The notes beneath the pieces were generated by a model. The model saw nothing but the letters and a program-made list of their open reading frames with translations. It did not search any database and was not told where the DNA came from. Below are positions 26,308-39,400 of a stretch of 64,000 bases of DNA, in pieces. Within the stretch, counting starts at the first letter, position 1. Each line of letters opens with the position of its first letter. The position numbers were made by a program, and so were the translations under genes. Source of the DNA: Sphagnum compactum (Eukaryota); assembly GCA_965153455.1 (NCBI GenBank), contig OZ234493.1, forward strand, positions 1,302,001 through 1,366,000, written 5' to 3'.

Positions 26308-29300
26308 ATGTCGATGTTGAGCGGGTCATGCGAACCGCCAAAAGTGTCTGCGGCGCCTCGAGGGATTCTGCATGGGAGCGCGGAAGCTGAGAGCAGCAGC
26401 AGCAGTTGTTTGAATCTATTGCCGGTTGACGGATATGCGAGCTCTAGTCGCACGGAATCTGCTCCTCGTGACAATTGCTCGCCGAGTACAAACTCCGGCT
26501 TCGACAACCGATTCTCGTCGTTCTGGTCCGAAGAAGGCGCCACAAAACCCGGATCATCATCGGCCGCACCGGAGTCTCTCCACGACAGAGCGACAGGAGA
26601 GGACGCAGTATTTAGCAGCGGTGAAACAATGGTTGTAGCCTCCGCGCAGCTGAGCGAGGAAGAGCAAAATGCCAGGGAGTGGGCGCACAAGCCTCGTCGC
26701 ATTGCACTGTTCGTGGAGCCATCGCCATTCGCGTATGCCTCTCGCCCCTCAATTTCCCCCTTCCAGAATTGGATCCGTCCTCCTGTAACAACGTGCTTGC
26801 CATATCCGACCTCAAGAAATTCAATGCACTCCACATATGCAAAACTTCAATGTCAGAATTCACGAGGCCTGCATGAACTGTTGCAATAATATCAGAGTCT
26901 TCAGCCATCATGGCCATGTGACTGACAACAAAGATGTAGTAGAGTCCTTCTTCTTCTTCTTCTTCTCTGTAGCTAAAACCAATCATGTTAGAGAGGATAA
27001 AGATAGCTAGCCTTCACCTTGACACTGTATCTTTCTTGTGCAGTGAGAAAGACACATATGTTATCTTTTTTGTTTCATAGCAAGTCTTGCATGCCCCTGG
27101 AGACCAGCTGACTGCTGTTGCCATGGGCACCCACAAGTGGCAATGGATTTTGATCTATTCTCTTCTGCAGGTATGTTTGTGGTTACAAGAACCGCTATCA
27201 AAACTTCATTCGGTATTTGCGGGAGCTTGGAGATGAGGTGAGGTGCTTCTTGGAGACTTGAAAGTATGTATAGACCATCATGTTGTCATCTGTTTAGAAA
27301 TTCAACATTTATGCCAAAGTGTCTAGCTTTGCATTGGAAAAAAAATTTCAAACGTGTCTTCTTCTCCATCAAACTCTTCCTGCAACTGGTACAATCTATT
27401 TCCTCATGTGTAGGTATATATTGTCTGAGTTTTGGTTGCTTTTGAGTACTTGGGTTTGCAGGTGCTGGTTGTGACTACACACATAGGTGTGCCTGCAGAA
27501 TTCTATGGTGCAAAAGTGATTGGTTCATGGAGGTGAGCATCAATTTAGAAGATTGTTCCTGAATTGAGTGTTCATTCCTTCCTGGCAGAAACTTACTTCT
27601 GTTGTAAGTGTCCAGGATCAGTGTGCAGGAAGCATCTCTATTGTTCCTTAATTCTGCCATGTTTTTTTTTGGGGGGGTTTTGACAGTCTCCCTTGTCCTT
27701 GGTATAAGCCACTTCCCTTGTCACTGGCTTTGAGCCCTCGCATCTACAAGGAGGTAGCCGACTTCAGACCTGACATCATTCATGCATCATCTCCTGGTCT
27801 AATGGTAATTTCCTTCCTCAAAGTCCAATATCCATTACGTATCTTTCTCATATTCTCTTCTACTTACCCAGTAGGCCCTCTCGCTATTGAAGATAGGCAC
27901 CATTCTCAATTTTCTGGAACAGGGCTCACATGATCAGCTCCATCACATTCACCAGGTTTGTGTAGTGGTGTTACTGGAACTTGTGAGCCAAGTCATGTCT
28001 TAAGGGTGACAGAAGAGCTCTTGTGTGGTCATGAAAGGGTTCATCGCATTGGTGAGCAAAGTATGTGTAATGGAGTGTTTGGAAATCAAGTAGGTGTTTG
28101 GAGCCCTGGTCATAGCCAAGCTTCTTAATGTTCCTGTGGTGATGGCTTACCACACTCATCTACCAATGTAAGTTTGGATTCTTCTTGAATATTTATTGTA
28201 AGGGACAGAATCTTTTAATATCACTAGGTCATCACTAGTGTGAGCTTTGTTGAACTATGCTCTGCTTATGTTCAATTCTTTGTTTTCAGTGTAAGGGGCA
28301 GAATCTTTGATATCAGACTAGGTCATCATTAGTATGCCAATTTTGTTGAACTATGGTCTGCTTTTGCTCTCTGTTATCCCTTCCAACTTGAGATCATCAT
28401 TGTAAAATAAGTTTTGTAATGTGCAGGTATATTCCTAAGTACACATTTAGTTGGCTTGTGCAACCCACATGGCTTATAATCAGTAAGTACCCTCCTGTCC
28501 TTTCTGAACCCTTTGTGTTCCATTCTTTGACAGGAATAGCATGGTTGTTGTGTATATAGTGCATAAACACAAGGTTTCTGCAAAGAGAGGATCTGAACTA
28601 GAACTGTTATACAAGCATTCAAAAATTTTCCTTGGAGAATCAGTGATGAGGACTTGAGAGAAACTAAATTAATGGGACCCTTGTTTTTGTGTGAAGAGTA
28701 TTTGCACAGGGCGGCAGATCTTACATTGGTCATGTCACAGGCACTTGGGAAGGAGATGAATGCTGTTGGAGCTTCAACAGGTAACTTGCTCTTGCAAAAT
28801 ACACAATGGACAGCTTGTGTTTGTGCTGGATGAGGTCTTTGTACTTTGAAAGGGCTGAATATACTGTTCAAACTTCTCTGAAGTTAATACCAAGCTGGAT
28901 CAGATGTCTTCATTGGCTCTTGGGTTGATATCCACAGCTGAACAAATCCGCATATGGCAAAAGGGTGTGGATTCAGACACCTTCCACCCACGCTTCAAGA
29001 GCTGGGAAATGCGCAATCGACTGACGTAAGTCCTCCTACTGCCTTTGTGTTGAGGAGAATTGTATTTGTTTTGCCTGTGCAAGAAAGAAGTTAGGATTAG
29101 AGTCTGGACATTTGCAAAAGACTTACCTGAACATTAATCTAGGTAAAGAGCTCAAAATATTGCCCTTGTGCAACAACCATCTTTGCACAACTTGTGTTCA
29201 CTGGTCAATAATTGAGTGAGATGCAAAATGACCCTCACAACAGTGGGAAATGAGTGTCTGGCAAAACCTGAACCTCATCAAGCCCTGCATTTGCATAGGC

Positions 29301-31812
29301 ACACGTGATTCAACATTAGGAAACAGCTCTTGAATCCGAGAGAATGCCATCCTCGTTATCTAAGCTGTGCTGTAAAGCTTTCCTTTACGAAGGACCGTTT
29401 CTATATTCTAAGCTGATGTGTTGGTATGTGATACATATGATTTGTTTCTGTCATGTGGCTGGCTTGCAGTGATGGGGTGCCCGATACACCTGTAATTGTA
29501 CATGTAGGGAGACTGGGGGCTGAAAAAAATCTTGATTTTCTCAAAAGGTGGGTTCTATCAATTGGACCATTCTCATGTTTGTTGTCCATGACACCTAATC
29601 ACATGACACCAAAAGACATGAAGTCACTCACATCTACTGGCTGGATAATAGTAGAAGCAGAGTATGGACATCAGCCTGTATTTCTGGTTGGGGTGGAGCT
29701 AGAGTGGAAAACTTGTGAATCCTCAGTATGATGGGATTTGGGTTAATACAGACTGACTAAGTTCCACTAGTTTTCTTTCTGAGTTGCAGGGTTATGGAGC
29801 GAATACCAGAGGTGCGCCTGGCATTCATAGGCGATGGTCCTTACAGGTGAGCTGAGCTGTATTCTGCAATATAATTATTTAATCAAGGGTTAAGTATACC
29901 TGAGCTGATGTTAGAACAGAAGTTTTAAGTTGAATTGTACCAGTGGCATGTACCTGAACTATGCCTTGGTATATTGATAATACAATCCAGCTCACAATGC
30001 AAGAGGAACACCACAGAGGTGATATCAAAGCTGTCTTAAATTTACTTCAGGCACCCTCAAGATCCCATATCTGTAGCAGGCCCTGATGTGTAAGCTTGTT
30101 AGAACAAGTACTTTTGAAGGATAAACTTGTGAGCAATGAGAACTCACATGTGAGAAACAGGTAGACTGACGAGAGACAAGTCTTTCTGTTGATGTAAATA
30201 GGTTCCAGTCATGTGCAACTAAGCCATGAAACCAAGTGATCAATGCCAAACAGGCAGGGATCACCATGCTGACAAGTTTACTGTTGTGCAAATATAATTT
30301 GGTATGGTTAGAGCATCCCCAGCAGTGCTCAATATGCGACCCTGCACATTAAAACTGGATGAAGAAAAATCAAAACATGCCAGTTTGGCTCCGCAAAATG
30401 CTTTCACCCAGCATTTTTGCACAGTTTGCTGAGACTAGTAAAAGGCACAGCAAAGCTGTGTACCTGCGAGAGAAGAGTAATAAATATGATCTGACTGCTC
30501 CTCCCTGTTTCTGATTGATCAATCATAACAATTGGTTGAGATGGTTTGCAATTACTCTCCCACCTATTTACTGTCCTAGTTTTATGGTGGGATTGCAAAA
30601 AAGTAAATAACTAAACTCGGATGTGAGAAACATTTTTGCAGGGTCACATACTGAGCATCACTGCTGGGGATGCTCTTAGTTGTGTATAGACTGTTCCTAA
30701 GGACAAGTTCTCTACTGTTGCAGCATTTGGAAGGTCTCATGGTGCATCAAGCATTTCTTACCTTGTCAGTGGAAAGGACGAGAATTGGAACTGTGGCTAC
30801 TATCCTGAGATGACAGTAGTCAAGAGTTAGAGCCATCTAAGCATCTCACGGACATTTTGATGACATCTTGATAAGGATGTAAGCCTTTCATTCTAAACAG
30901 TAGTGGCCTATATGTTTTTTTCACAGTGATCATGGAATTGGTGTCAATGCAGGGCTGACTTAGAGCAGATGTTTCAAGGGATGAATGTCACCTTCACAGG
31001 CATGCTACAAGGCGAGGAACTATCACAGGCATATGCAAGTGGGGACATCTTCATCACTCCCTCTGAGACTGAAACTCTAGGGTTTGTGGTCCTAGAGGCT
31101 ATGGCCTCTGGAGTACCAGTTGTTGCTGCCAGGGCAGGTGGGATTCCTGATATTGTAACCCAGGATGGGGAGGCAGGATTTCTCTACACACCAGGTGACC
31201 TTGATGATTGCCTGAGCAAGATAAAGCCCCTGTTGGAGTCTTCTGAGCTAAGGCAAAAGATTGGTGTGGCAGGTATAGCTCATTTCTAGGCCTCTGTGCT
31301 GATTGATAAGAGCTGCAAATGTTGTGCTTGAATGAGCTTTGCTGGCTCTGCAACCTCAACATTGATGCATTTTGGTTCAGAGTGAGCAGGGTCTTGGAGT
31401 CTCAATAAACTCTCATATAATTAGTTTCCATCTGTTAAGTTACTTTTGTATTTAAAACACTGGTTTTGCTCATCTTAGACTACTCCTAGCTCTTCCATGT
31501 CAGTGTTTCAGGTTTAACATATTGTCTCCAATGTACTGGGGCTACCTAACCTTCAGGAAGGGAGAGGAACCCTTTTGTCTCTTTGGGTAATTTACAAGTA
31601 GTACCAATATCATGAAATTTCTAACACACAAAGGAGTTCCTCTTGCAGGTCGTGCTGAGGTGGAGAAATTTGACTGGCGGGCAAGTACCAGGCAAGTGCG
31701 AAATGAGCAGTACAGTGCTGCAATCTGGTTCTGGCAGAGGAGGCAAGAGCAGTTGGCAAGTGGATTCTCGGGATGGTTCAATTTCCAGCCGGCACCAGCA
31801 CAGAATCTGTAA
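26308..31812 (+). CDS. SQD2: Sulfoquinovosyltransferase (SQDG synthase, GT4 family), 12 exons: 26308-26732, 27171-27237, 27462-27532, 27687-27804, 28094-28167, 28427-28482, 28697-28780, 28938-29025, 29470-29547, 29790-29846, 30953-31272, 31649-31812
   Basis: Spliced translation gives KPRRIALFVEPSPFAYVCGYKNRYQNFIRYLRELGDEVLVVTTH...FRPDIIHASSPG...YHTHLP...VGRLGAEK...GDGPYR...PSETETLGFVVLEAMASGVPVV...FDWRAST. All introns are GT-AG and in phase. Ser-rich N-terminus is consistent with a plastid transit peptide; the start ATG is less certain. Confidence 0.93.
30311..30675. mobile_element. PIF/Harbinger (Tourist-like) MITE in SQD2 intron 10
   Basis: Long TIRs gagcatccccagcagtgctcaatatgcgaccctgca / tgcagggtcacatactgagcatcactgctggggatgctc; TSD TTA at 30308-30310 and 30676-30678. 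Confidence 0.88.
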
Positions 31813-32366
31813 ATTTGTTGTAATCTTCCAATCAAAAGTCCTGAGCCCTTTGTACATGTAAGCACCTCTTCCGCTTCTGAGCTCTGTTCATTTTACTTGC
31901 CTTATCAGCTCTAATCCATCCCTCTGAACATCTCTTGAACTGTACATGTGACAAATGCTCAGATGTCAGCTTGGTTTCCCTTTTAGCTACTGAGCTTAGA
32001 TCTAAATTAATTGCAGCCCATGCTGAAGCCCCCCTTGTTGTCTCTGTTTCTGGTGGCTTGACATACTGATTCAATTCTTTTCCATTCTTTTTCTTGTTCA
32101 CATGTGATGTTCATAGTGGGATTTAGAAGCTTACAGTGGAAGCATAATAGTGAGCACGTGTGTAGAACTTCTATTTGCAAATGTCATTTGACTGATTTGT
32201 AAAGAAGATTTGTCTTTACTGTACATTTGTTTGTGCATCCTTTTGAGAAGCTCTTTGCTTAGACAACTAGAGTGGTCATGCTTTTTGCTAAACCTTGCAA
32301 TCTCTTTTGCTTAGACAACTAGGGCGGTCATCTTTTAGATAAATCATGCAAACTCTTCTCCATTAA

Positions 32367-32741
32367 TAGCAGCTCCAGTCGTGCTCAGTATGTGACCCTG
32401 CAAAAATATTTCTCTCATCCAAGTTTTACTTTTTTCCAACCCCGCCCATAAAAACTGAAACTGGTACTGCTGATAGGTGGGGAGACTACTAATAGCAACC
32501 CACCAGGACGAGTTCTTATGAATGGCAAATCAGAAACAGGGAGCAGCAGTCAGATCATATTTATTACACTCTTCTCTGGCAGGTGTTAGGCTTTTTTGCT
32601 GTTCCTTTTACCAGCCTCAGCAAACTGTGCAAAAATGCAGGGCCAAAACCATTTTGCAGAGCCAAAAACCAACGTGTTTCAACTTTTGTTCATCCAATTT
32701 TAATTTGCAGGGTCACATACTGAGCACCACTGGAGCTGCTC
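32367..32741. mobile_element. PIF/Harbinger (Tourist-like) MITE, same family as 30311-30675, opposite orientation
   Basis: TIRs tagcagctccagtcgtgctcagtatgtgaccctgca / tgcagggtcacatactgagcaccactggagctgctc; TSD TAA at 32364-32366 and 32742-32744. The interior resembles the reverse complement of copy 1. Confidence 0.87.
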
Positions 32742-33025
32742 TAAGGACCATCTTATTATATTAACCAACAAATCCACAAGGTCCAGAATGTACAGACCCG
32801 AAGGTCTGGTTGCAGCAACATGAGGAATGTGTTTCTTGTTGTTGACAAAGAATCGAAAAACTATCATTGCAGCAATACCTCAGCATCCACTACACCTAAA
32901 AAGAATGCTCACAAATGTGCTCTCGTGTTTTTGAGTCCTCTTCCCATAGTGTTGTCCAATTCATTCGTGAACTCTACTTTAGTTTGTGTAAAATTGTGAC
33001 ATTGGTAGCACAGAATTTTGTGCAG

Positions 33026-33727
33026 TTACTTGTCTCCACTCTTCTCTATGTCTCCACTTTCATTTCTTGGATCTTTGAGGTTTCTTAGAACACCCCAAGC
33101 CTCAAGTCTTGCTAAAGGGCATCCACATGGAGCACGGAAATTGAGTATTGCTCGTCCATTAGGTGGTGGTGCTATTCTTCGCAGCTCTAACTCCAACTCC
33201 TTGGGATCTTGGCCAAGCTCTACACTGCCATTCCAAGGAAGCTCATCAACAATCGGAGTCGACAATGTCCTCACACATTGCTCTGTCGCAAGCTGAATAT
33301 CCAGCTCCATGGCTTTACCGAGGCCATGGCACTGAGGATTGTCACACCATCGTAACTTGTACTTGTAAACTGTGCACATAACTATGACAGACACTCAACA
33401 AATTAAGAGTCCAGACGCATATGTGATAGGTGCTTGATAAATGACCTCTCCAATCAACATGAACGGCCCTGGCAAAACTTCTCCCATTTGGCTGAATATA
33501 AATGTAAAGTAAGGTGTGATGAGAAAACCACAGGAACCTAGAACCAAGATCAAAATTACAATATCAATCACTGCTCCCGATGATGTGATCTGGTCACAGA
33601 AGGCTGGCATTGAGGTTGCCAATGAGGGCCTCTGCTTCCCGGGTCGTTGGTGCTGGTGCTGGTGCTGATGCTGATACCGCTGTGAATGGGCCATGATTTG
33701 ATCAGTAGGTGTGACTGTGTTGGCCAT
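33026..33727 (-). pseudogene. At5g19025-like plant membrane protein (annotated in plants as 'ribosomal protein L34e superfamily') with one in-frame TGA at 33395-33397
   Basis: ORFs 33395-33874 and 33026-33394 are in the same frame, separated only by TGA. Family-like motifs: CD...AVIDIVILILVLGSCGFL, CDNPQCHGLGKAMELDIQLATEQCV, ELELELRRIAPPPNGRAILNFRAPCGCPLARLEAWG. Probable start MANTV at 33727. Confidence 0.72.
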
Positions 33728-35634
33728 GCTGTGATGGCAATCTAGTGCTCTACACAATGAAGCACCCCCAGCCTCGGCAATCCTCCATCCCCAAATTTTG
33801 GCTGCACTTTGATGCTCTTGAGTTGTATGTCGGTTCTGGGAATCAAACCAAGTTGTTGAATGACTGATCATCACAAAACACCCACAGAGAAGTAATTAGT
33901 TACTTTGCAGCCAAACCATCATATAAAATCTGCATTCTGAGTTTCTGCCTAATCCAAGAGTAAAATAATATCCTCATTCTGCAACAAGCTGCAACAAGCT
34001 TTTGAAGGTAAGCTTCATTTCATTTTACCTTGCCCTTGTACAGGAGCATCTAAGTGTAAGAGGACTACATGAAGAGGTAGTTGTTGGGTCCTCCTGCAAC
34101 CTGAACATATTCTTGAAGCACGCACCCAGTGGTGACTAGGTGGACGCAGTACAATCCACTTTAACCACTAGAAACACACATCTATAAGATTGCAGAGAAA
34201 ACTCCACAATGGCACTTGGAAGGTACCTTTTGAAGGTCAACAACTGTGTGAGGCAGTTCAAGCCAAACCAAAACGAACACACACCAGATTGGCGTGCTCG
34301 TAGATTTGACCTTGGGAGTGTGGATCACAAAGTGTCAGGCCATCACCTGCATCATGAATCCCTCCGATAGCTGCCATTACTAAGTAGGCATGTAAACCAT
34401 GTAAAGTTGGACATGACAAAATGCACATGTTGTGCACAGATCTAGCTTGTTCCAAAATTCCACAACTTGCACCCAGGCAACAATCACACACAACAGTAAA
34501 ATTAGTGCAGATCAAGTGCATACTTCAATTCCAAATCTACACAAAAAACCCAAACACCACAACAAATCCTTCTCCATCAAGGAATTTCAAATCTAATCAC
34601 TTCTACACAAGCCTCCTCTAATGCCAAAAATACATAAATAAATAAATAAATAAAAATCACACATACCCACCCTGGCCAGAAGACCCATTTCCAAAAAAAC
34701 ACACACACAAATTCCAAACACAACAAGAATGTGCCCATCACTACAAATTGAGTGGTTGAAGGAAGAACATCCAAGGGGCGATTGGCGGATCATCAAATAA
34801 CTGATCTCAGAATGATAATAATAGACAATCCAAAAATCACATAATAATGTGTACTTACCCCATAAAACCAACTCACCCACAAATCAAAACTCAACACCCC
34901 AAAAAACCAAGAATGCTCAATGAAATGAAATGCTTATATACTACCAAAGGGACCCAAAAAAAAAGTATGGTGTGAAAAAAGATGACAAAAAATTCCTATG
35001 TAAACATATACATTTATATATACTACTTACCTCCTCCTCCTCCTCCTCTTCTCCTCTAGTTGTTGTCCTTTTCAAGGATGATCTACCAAACACTACAACC
35101 AACAGGAAACAAAGGAAGCAAAAGAAGCAGAACTGGTATAAGAAGAAGAAACAGAGAGTTTGCCCATGAATGAGCATATACACCGTAGATTTGAGGATTA
35201 CAGGGGCAATGGTGGCAGAGTAAGATGGAAATGTGACGGGTTGTTGCACATGCTTGATCTGTGGTTTTTTAGACAACCCAATTGTTTGTTTTTGGGGGGA
35301 TCACAATAGTGAATGAATGGTGGTCTAGAGTAAAGAGGCATCTCGGTCATGTTTAGTTGTGTAACTTTACATGGTTTCAAAATTTCCTCTCTTTTTTGAA
35401 GTCATTGGGGGGAACTCCAAACTTTGTCAATGTGAATGAATGCAAAAGTGAAAGGAAAAAGAAAAAGGTACCCAATTTCCCCCCCCTACCGTTGTACCCT
35501 TGTGTCACGTAGCTTGTTGACTTATTACTACCACTTTCGGTTTTACAATATTTCATAGTTTCTTTGTATTATAGGCACAACAAGAGCTCTTGTTTAGAAT
35601 AACTTGTGTTTCCGCAACAAGAAAAAAGGATGCC

Positions 35635-35665
<31 letters not shown>

Positions 35666-36476
35666 CTGGGCACATTTTCAATTTCACTATTCCTCATCCA
35701 AATGACATGAGATATTTGTTATTCAAATACACTTTGTTCACTTAGTAAAAGCCTGCCAATTGACATTAACTAGTACATCTTACAATACAAATGTTGGCAT
35801 TATTAAGTCACTTATTGAAATACTGATGATTTTTGGGACCCATGTTTTAGGGTTTACCAAAGATGATGCCCACCCCAAGGTCAACTACCTATCTACTAGT
35901 TTGGTATCCACACCAATGGGTGGACATATGGTTTGGTTATACACATAGGTATATAGAAATGGGGTTTTGGTGATTCATAATTACGAGAAAAAGAATTGTG
36001 GAGAGAGAAAATGTGACCCAAATGAAAGTTTTACTTTGCCCATTCAGGCCATCCCTTTGAAGCCACCAAATTGAATTTGCTTACTTATACTATGCAAAAA
36101 AATTGCCATTGTCATCCTATAGACATTGGGTTAAAAAAAGGAGCCTACTATTTACAAGGAGTTTTACACTTTACCACTTGGAAATTTAGAAGATTACATT
36201 AGGTGGGTGAACTTACACAAATGTATGAATACTTGAGGTGAAAGTCATGCCTATTTTTTTAGGGGAAATATGACTTTGTGCCTAGGTACACCTTTTCTAC
36301 CAAAAGAACTTCCATTGTATACCTTCTTCTTATTTCCAATCTTAACAAAATAAAAACCTTAATTCTACAATCAACTTGCTTTAGCATAGATAAAAAGTTT
36401 TAGCTACTAGCCAAAATTAAGGAGGGAATTTCCACCATCAAACTGAAAATAACAAAGGTTACAAGTGGTGAACTAA

Positions 36477-39400
36477 GAAGTGCCTAGGTCTAGATGTGGC
36501 TAATTTAGTTATTTGTATTTCAAAAAATGACAAAAATTTTCCTTAAAATTCATAAACTTTTTGTGTTTTTTTCTTTTCTTTCAATTTCTTTCAATTTCTT
36601 TTGTCAAGTTGCAAAAATTTGCCCAAAAAAACACTGGGCATGTGACCCTGCAAACATATTTTTTGGGACAAATTCTAGATTTGCATATGTTAATCCATGT
36701 TACGTTACACAACTAAGGTCAAATGCTAAACAATCAAGAGTTAAACTTTGTGCATTATATATGTTATATGTCGCTATTAATTGAATTTCTATGAGAAGGA
36801 TTATTTCTTATTTGTATTTTAGTGATTTATTTTGTGTTCAATTGATATCCATGTTTTGTCAAGTGTTGGGAATTCTCCATAAATGTGTGATTTTTAGTTC
36901 GTCTGTTGAATCCAACTTGAGGATTGTGAAATTTTATCCATATTAACAATTTTGGAAAAGTATTTGTGTGATCTTGAATTAAAAGTTCCATCTAGACCAT
37001 TAACAAGATCATCTAATGTTGCATAATTCCTTGAAAATAATTGTACTAACATATTTTCCATATGATAATTCATAACGAAAATTAGTAGTTTGATTTGGAT
37101 TAATTGATCATTTAAAATGAAAAGGACATGTGTCAAAATGGACTTCCTCTTATCAAATTGTGAATGTTTCATTTAGTATTTTTTCAAATACACTTTTGTT
37201 ATGTATTAACAATTTTAACGTTTTTGTAAAACACTGATGATAATATATAATCCAAGTTGTAATGGTTTCAAACAACATTGGCTTAAAAAATCTATATCAT
37301 CAATGGTTTGTAATAAGGTTCAAAATATTTGTTTTAAATTAGGAGGAAATTTATATCATTTTGCTTCATAATAGTAATAGAAATCTTAAAAAAATGTAAC
37401 CATTCTATTTGTGACTACATACAACTAAATGTTGTCTCTAATTATTAACTTGGTCATTTTGTAACTATTTCATCAACTTTGAAAAAAATTGGTCATTATT
37501 ACTATTGTGTTGTGATTATGTTTTCTACATTTTATAGGCTAAATTATTTTTGAAATTATTTTCATCTAATAAATAGGCCTTTATGTCCCATTAATTGGAA
37601 TTGCCAACCAAAATTAATCACACCTTAGAAGTATACTACTTAGAAATATAAATACATCTTTAGCTATTTATATAGCTACAACCTATACCTATCTACTTAC
37701 TTGTAAGTGGGTAGGAATGCAATTAGGTAATTAGGTAGGAACTAGTGTTGGGCGGATATCCAAAAAATTAGGATACCCACCTTGGATATTTGACAGATAT
37801 CAAAAATGATATCTAGCTTAGATATCGGATCTAGGGCCGAATATCAATGTTAGTAGTTATTAAGTAGGTTAGGTTACTAATTAGGTTAAGTTCGTAACAT
37901 TAGTTGTCTTTTTTTGGTCATTTTCGTGATGCATCTAGGGTGACAAGAATCCCTACACAAATTAAAATTATTTTGGGGACATATTTTCAGAAGTTTTTTC
38001 AAAGTTGTAGTTAGTAATAATTTTTTTTAAAATTCGAATATTTTTTAGAAAAAAAAACATTTGTGACAAAATATTCCTTTTTTAAAAAAAATAATGTTGC
38101 GCCTTTTGGAGATTTTTCACCCCAAAAAAAAAGTCTCGTAAAAAGGATGTTACTTTTCACACATATATTTCGTGAGCATATAATTGGCAAGTGAATTTTT
38201 GAATTTTTTGATATCTGGATATGCTGATATCCAACTAATATATAAATGGCAGATATTTGAGAACACTAATATCTATTTTTGAATTAAAAATGTGAAAAAT
38301 CTGATATCCGACCCGGATATCTAAATTTTTAAAAATAATAATAAAAATGTAATACTCTTATCTAGTACACAAAAGAAAGGTGGATATCCTCAACCAACAT
38401 ATATCCCAAAAAAGTGATATCCACCCAACACGGGTAGGAACCTAAATAGGTAATTAAGTGGGTGAATAAGTAAGTAAATAAATAGGTATGATAGATAGGT
38501 TAGGTGAGTGGGTAGGTTAATTGCACGGGTATTAAGTAAGTAGGTACCTACCTAACAAACCAAATGCTTATTTTGAAATATATTTTGATCCAAATTCAAT
38601 GAGTATGTCATGTAGTAGGGTTTAGGGTTTAGGGTTTAGGCCTAAACCCTAAACCCACGTATCATGATTGAAACCCATCCAAGAAGGATGATGCAAATAT
38701 TTTTAATATTACATTTTTTTGACAAATGTTACCAAGTTAATCACATGGTCATCACAAATGGCAATACATAATATATGATTCATATACACAAAGTTGCATA
38801 CTAATATAACGTAGCATATTTTTGAGTCATATAGGAATTAAAACAATTTTTACGTTGACATGTAAATTGTAATTATAAGAATATTTTTTCATGAATGGTC
38901 AATCATATTTTGACATGTCATTTTGATTAGACTACCAACTCCTTATGAAAAATTCAATCAAGTGTTGTGTGTGATTCCTTTTAATATGAATGCACTTGTG
39001 CCCAATAATGTAAAATTAATGTTATCTTTTTTTTCTATATAAACTAATTTCAGAAAAAAAATATTTTTAAAAAGTGAACATCTATCATGTTTAAATGTGA
39101 TATCGTAACATGTTTTTAAATGAAACACGTAATTGTAAAAGTTTTCCTAAAGCTCACACCTCCTATTAAAAAAATAAAAATGTAAAGGCTTACTCTAACC
39201 TTTCTAACCTTTACATAACTCCCATTTATTCTTTTTATGAAAAATATCATCAAGGATAATATAGCTCATGTTCATTAATAAGTTCTCTTATATGTGAAAA
39301 TAATATTTTATATAAAACATGTCCATCCATTTCTTGACAAAAATCATGAATTAATCTTTTTTTTTTTTCAACAACTCTTGTTTGATTAAATTGAGTATTC

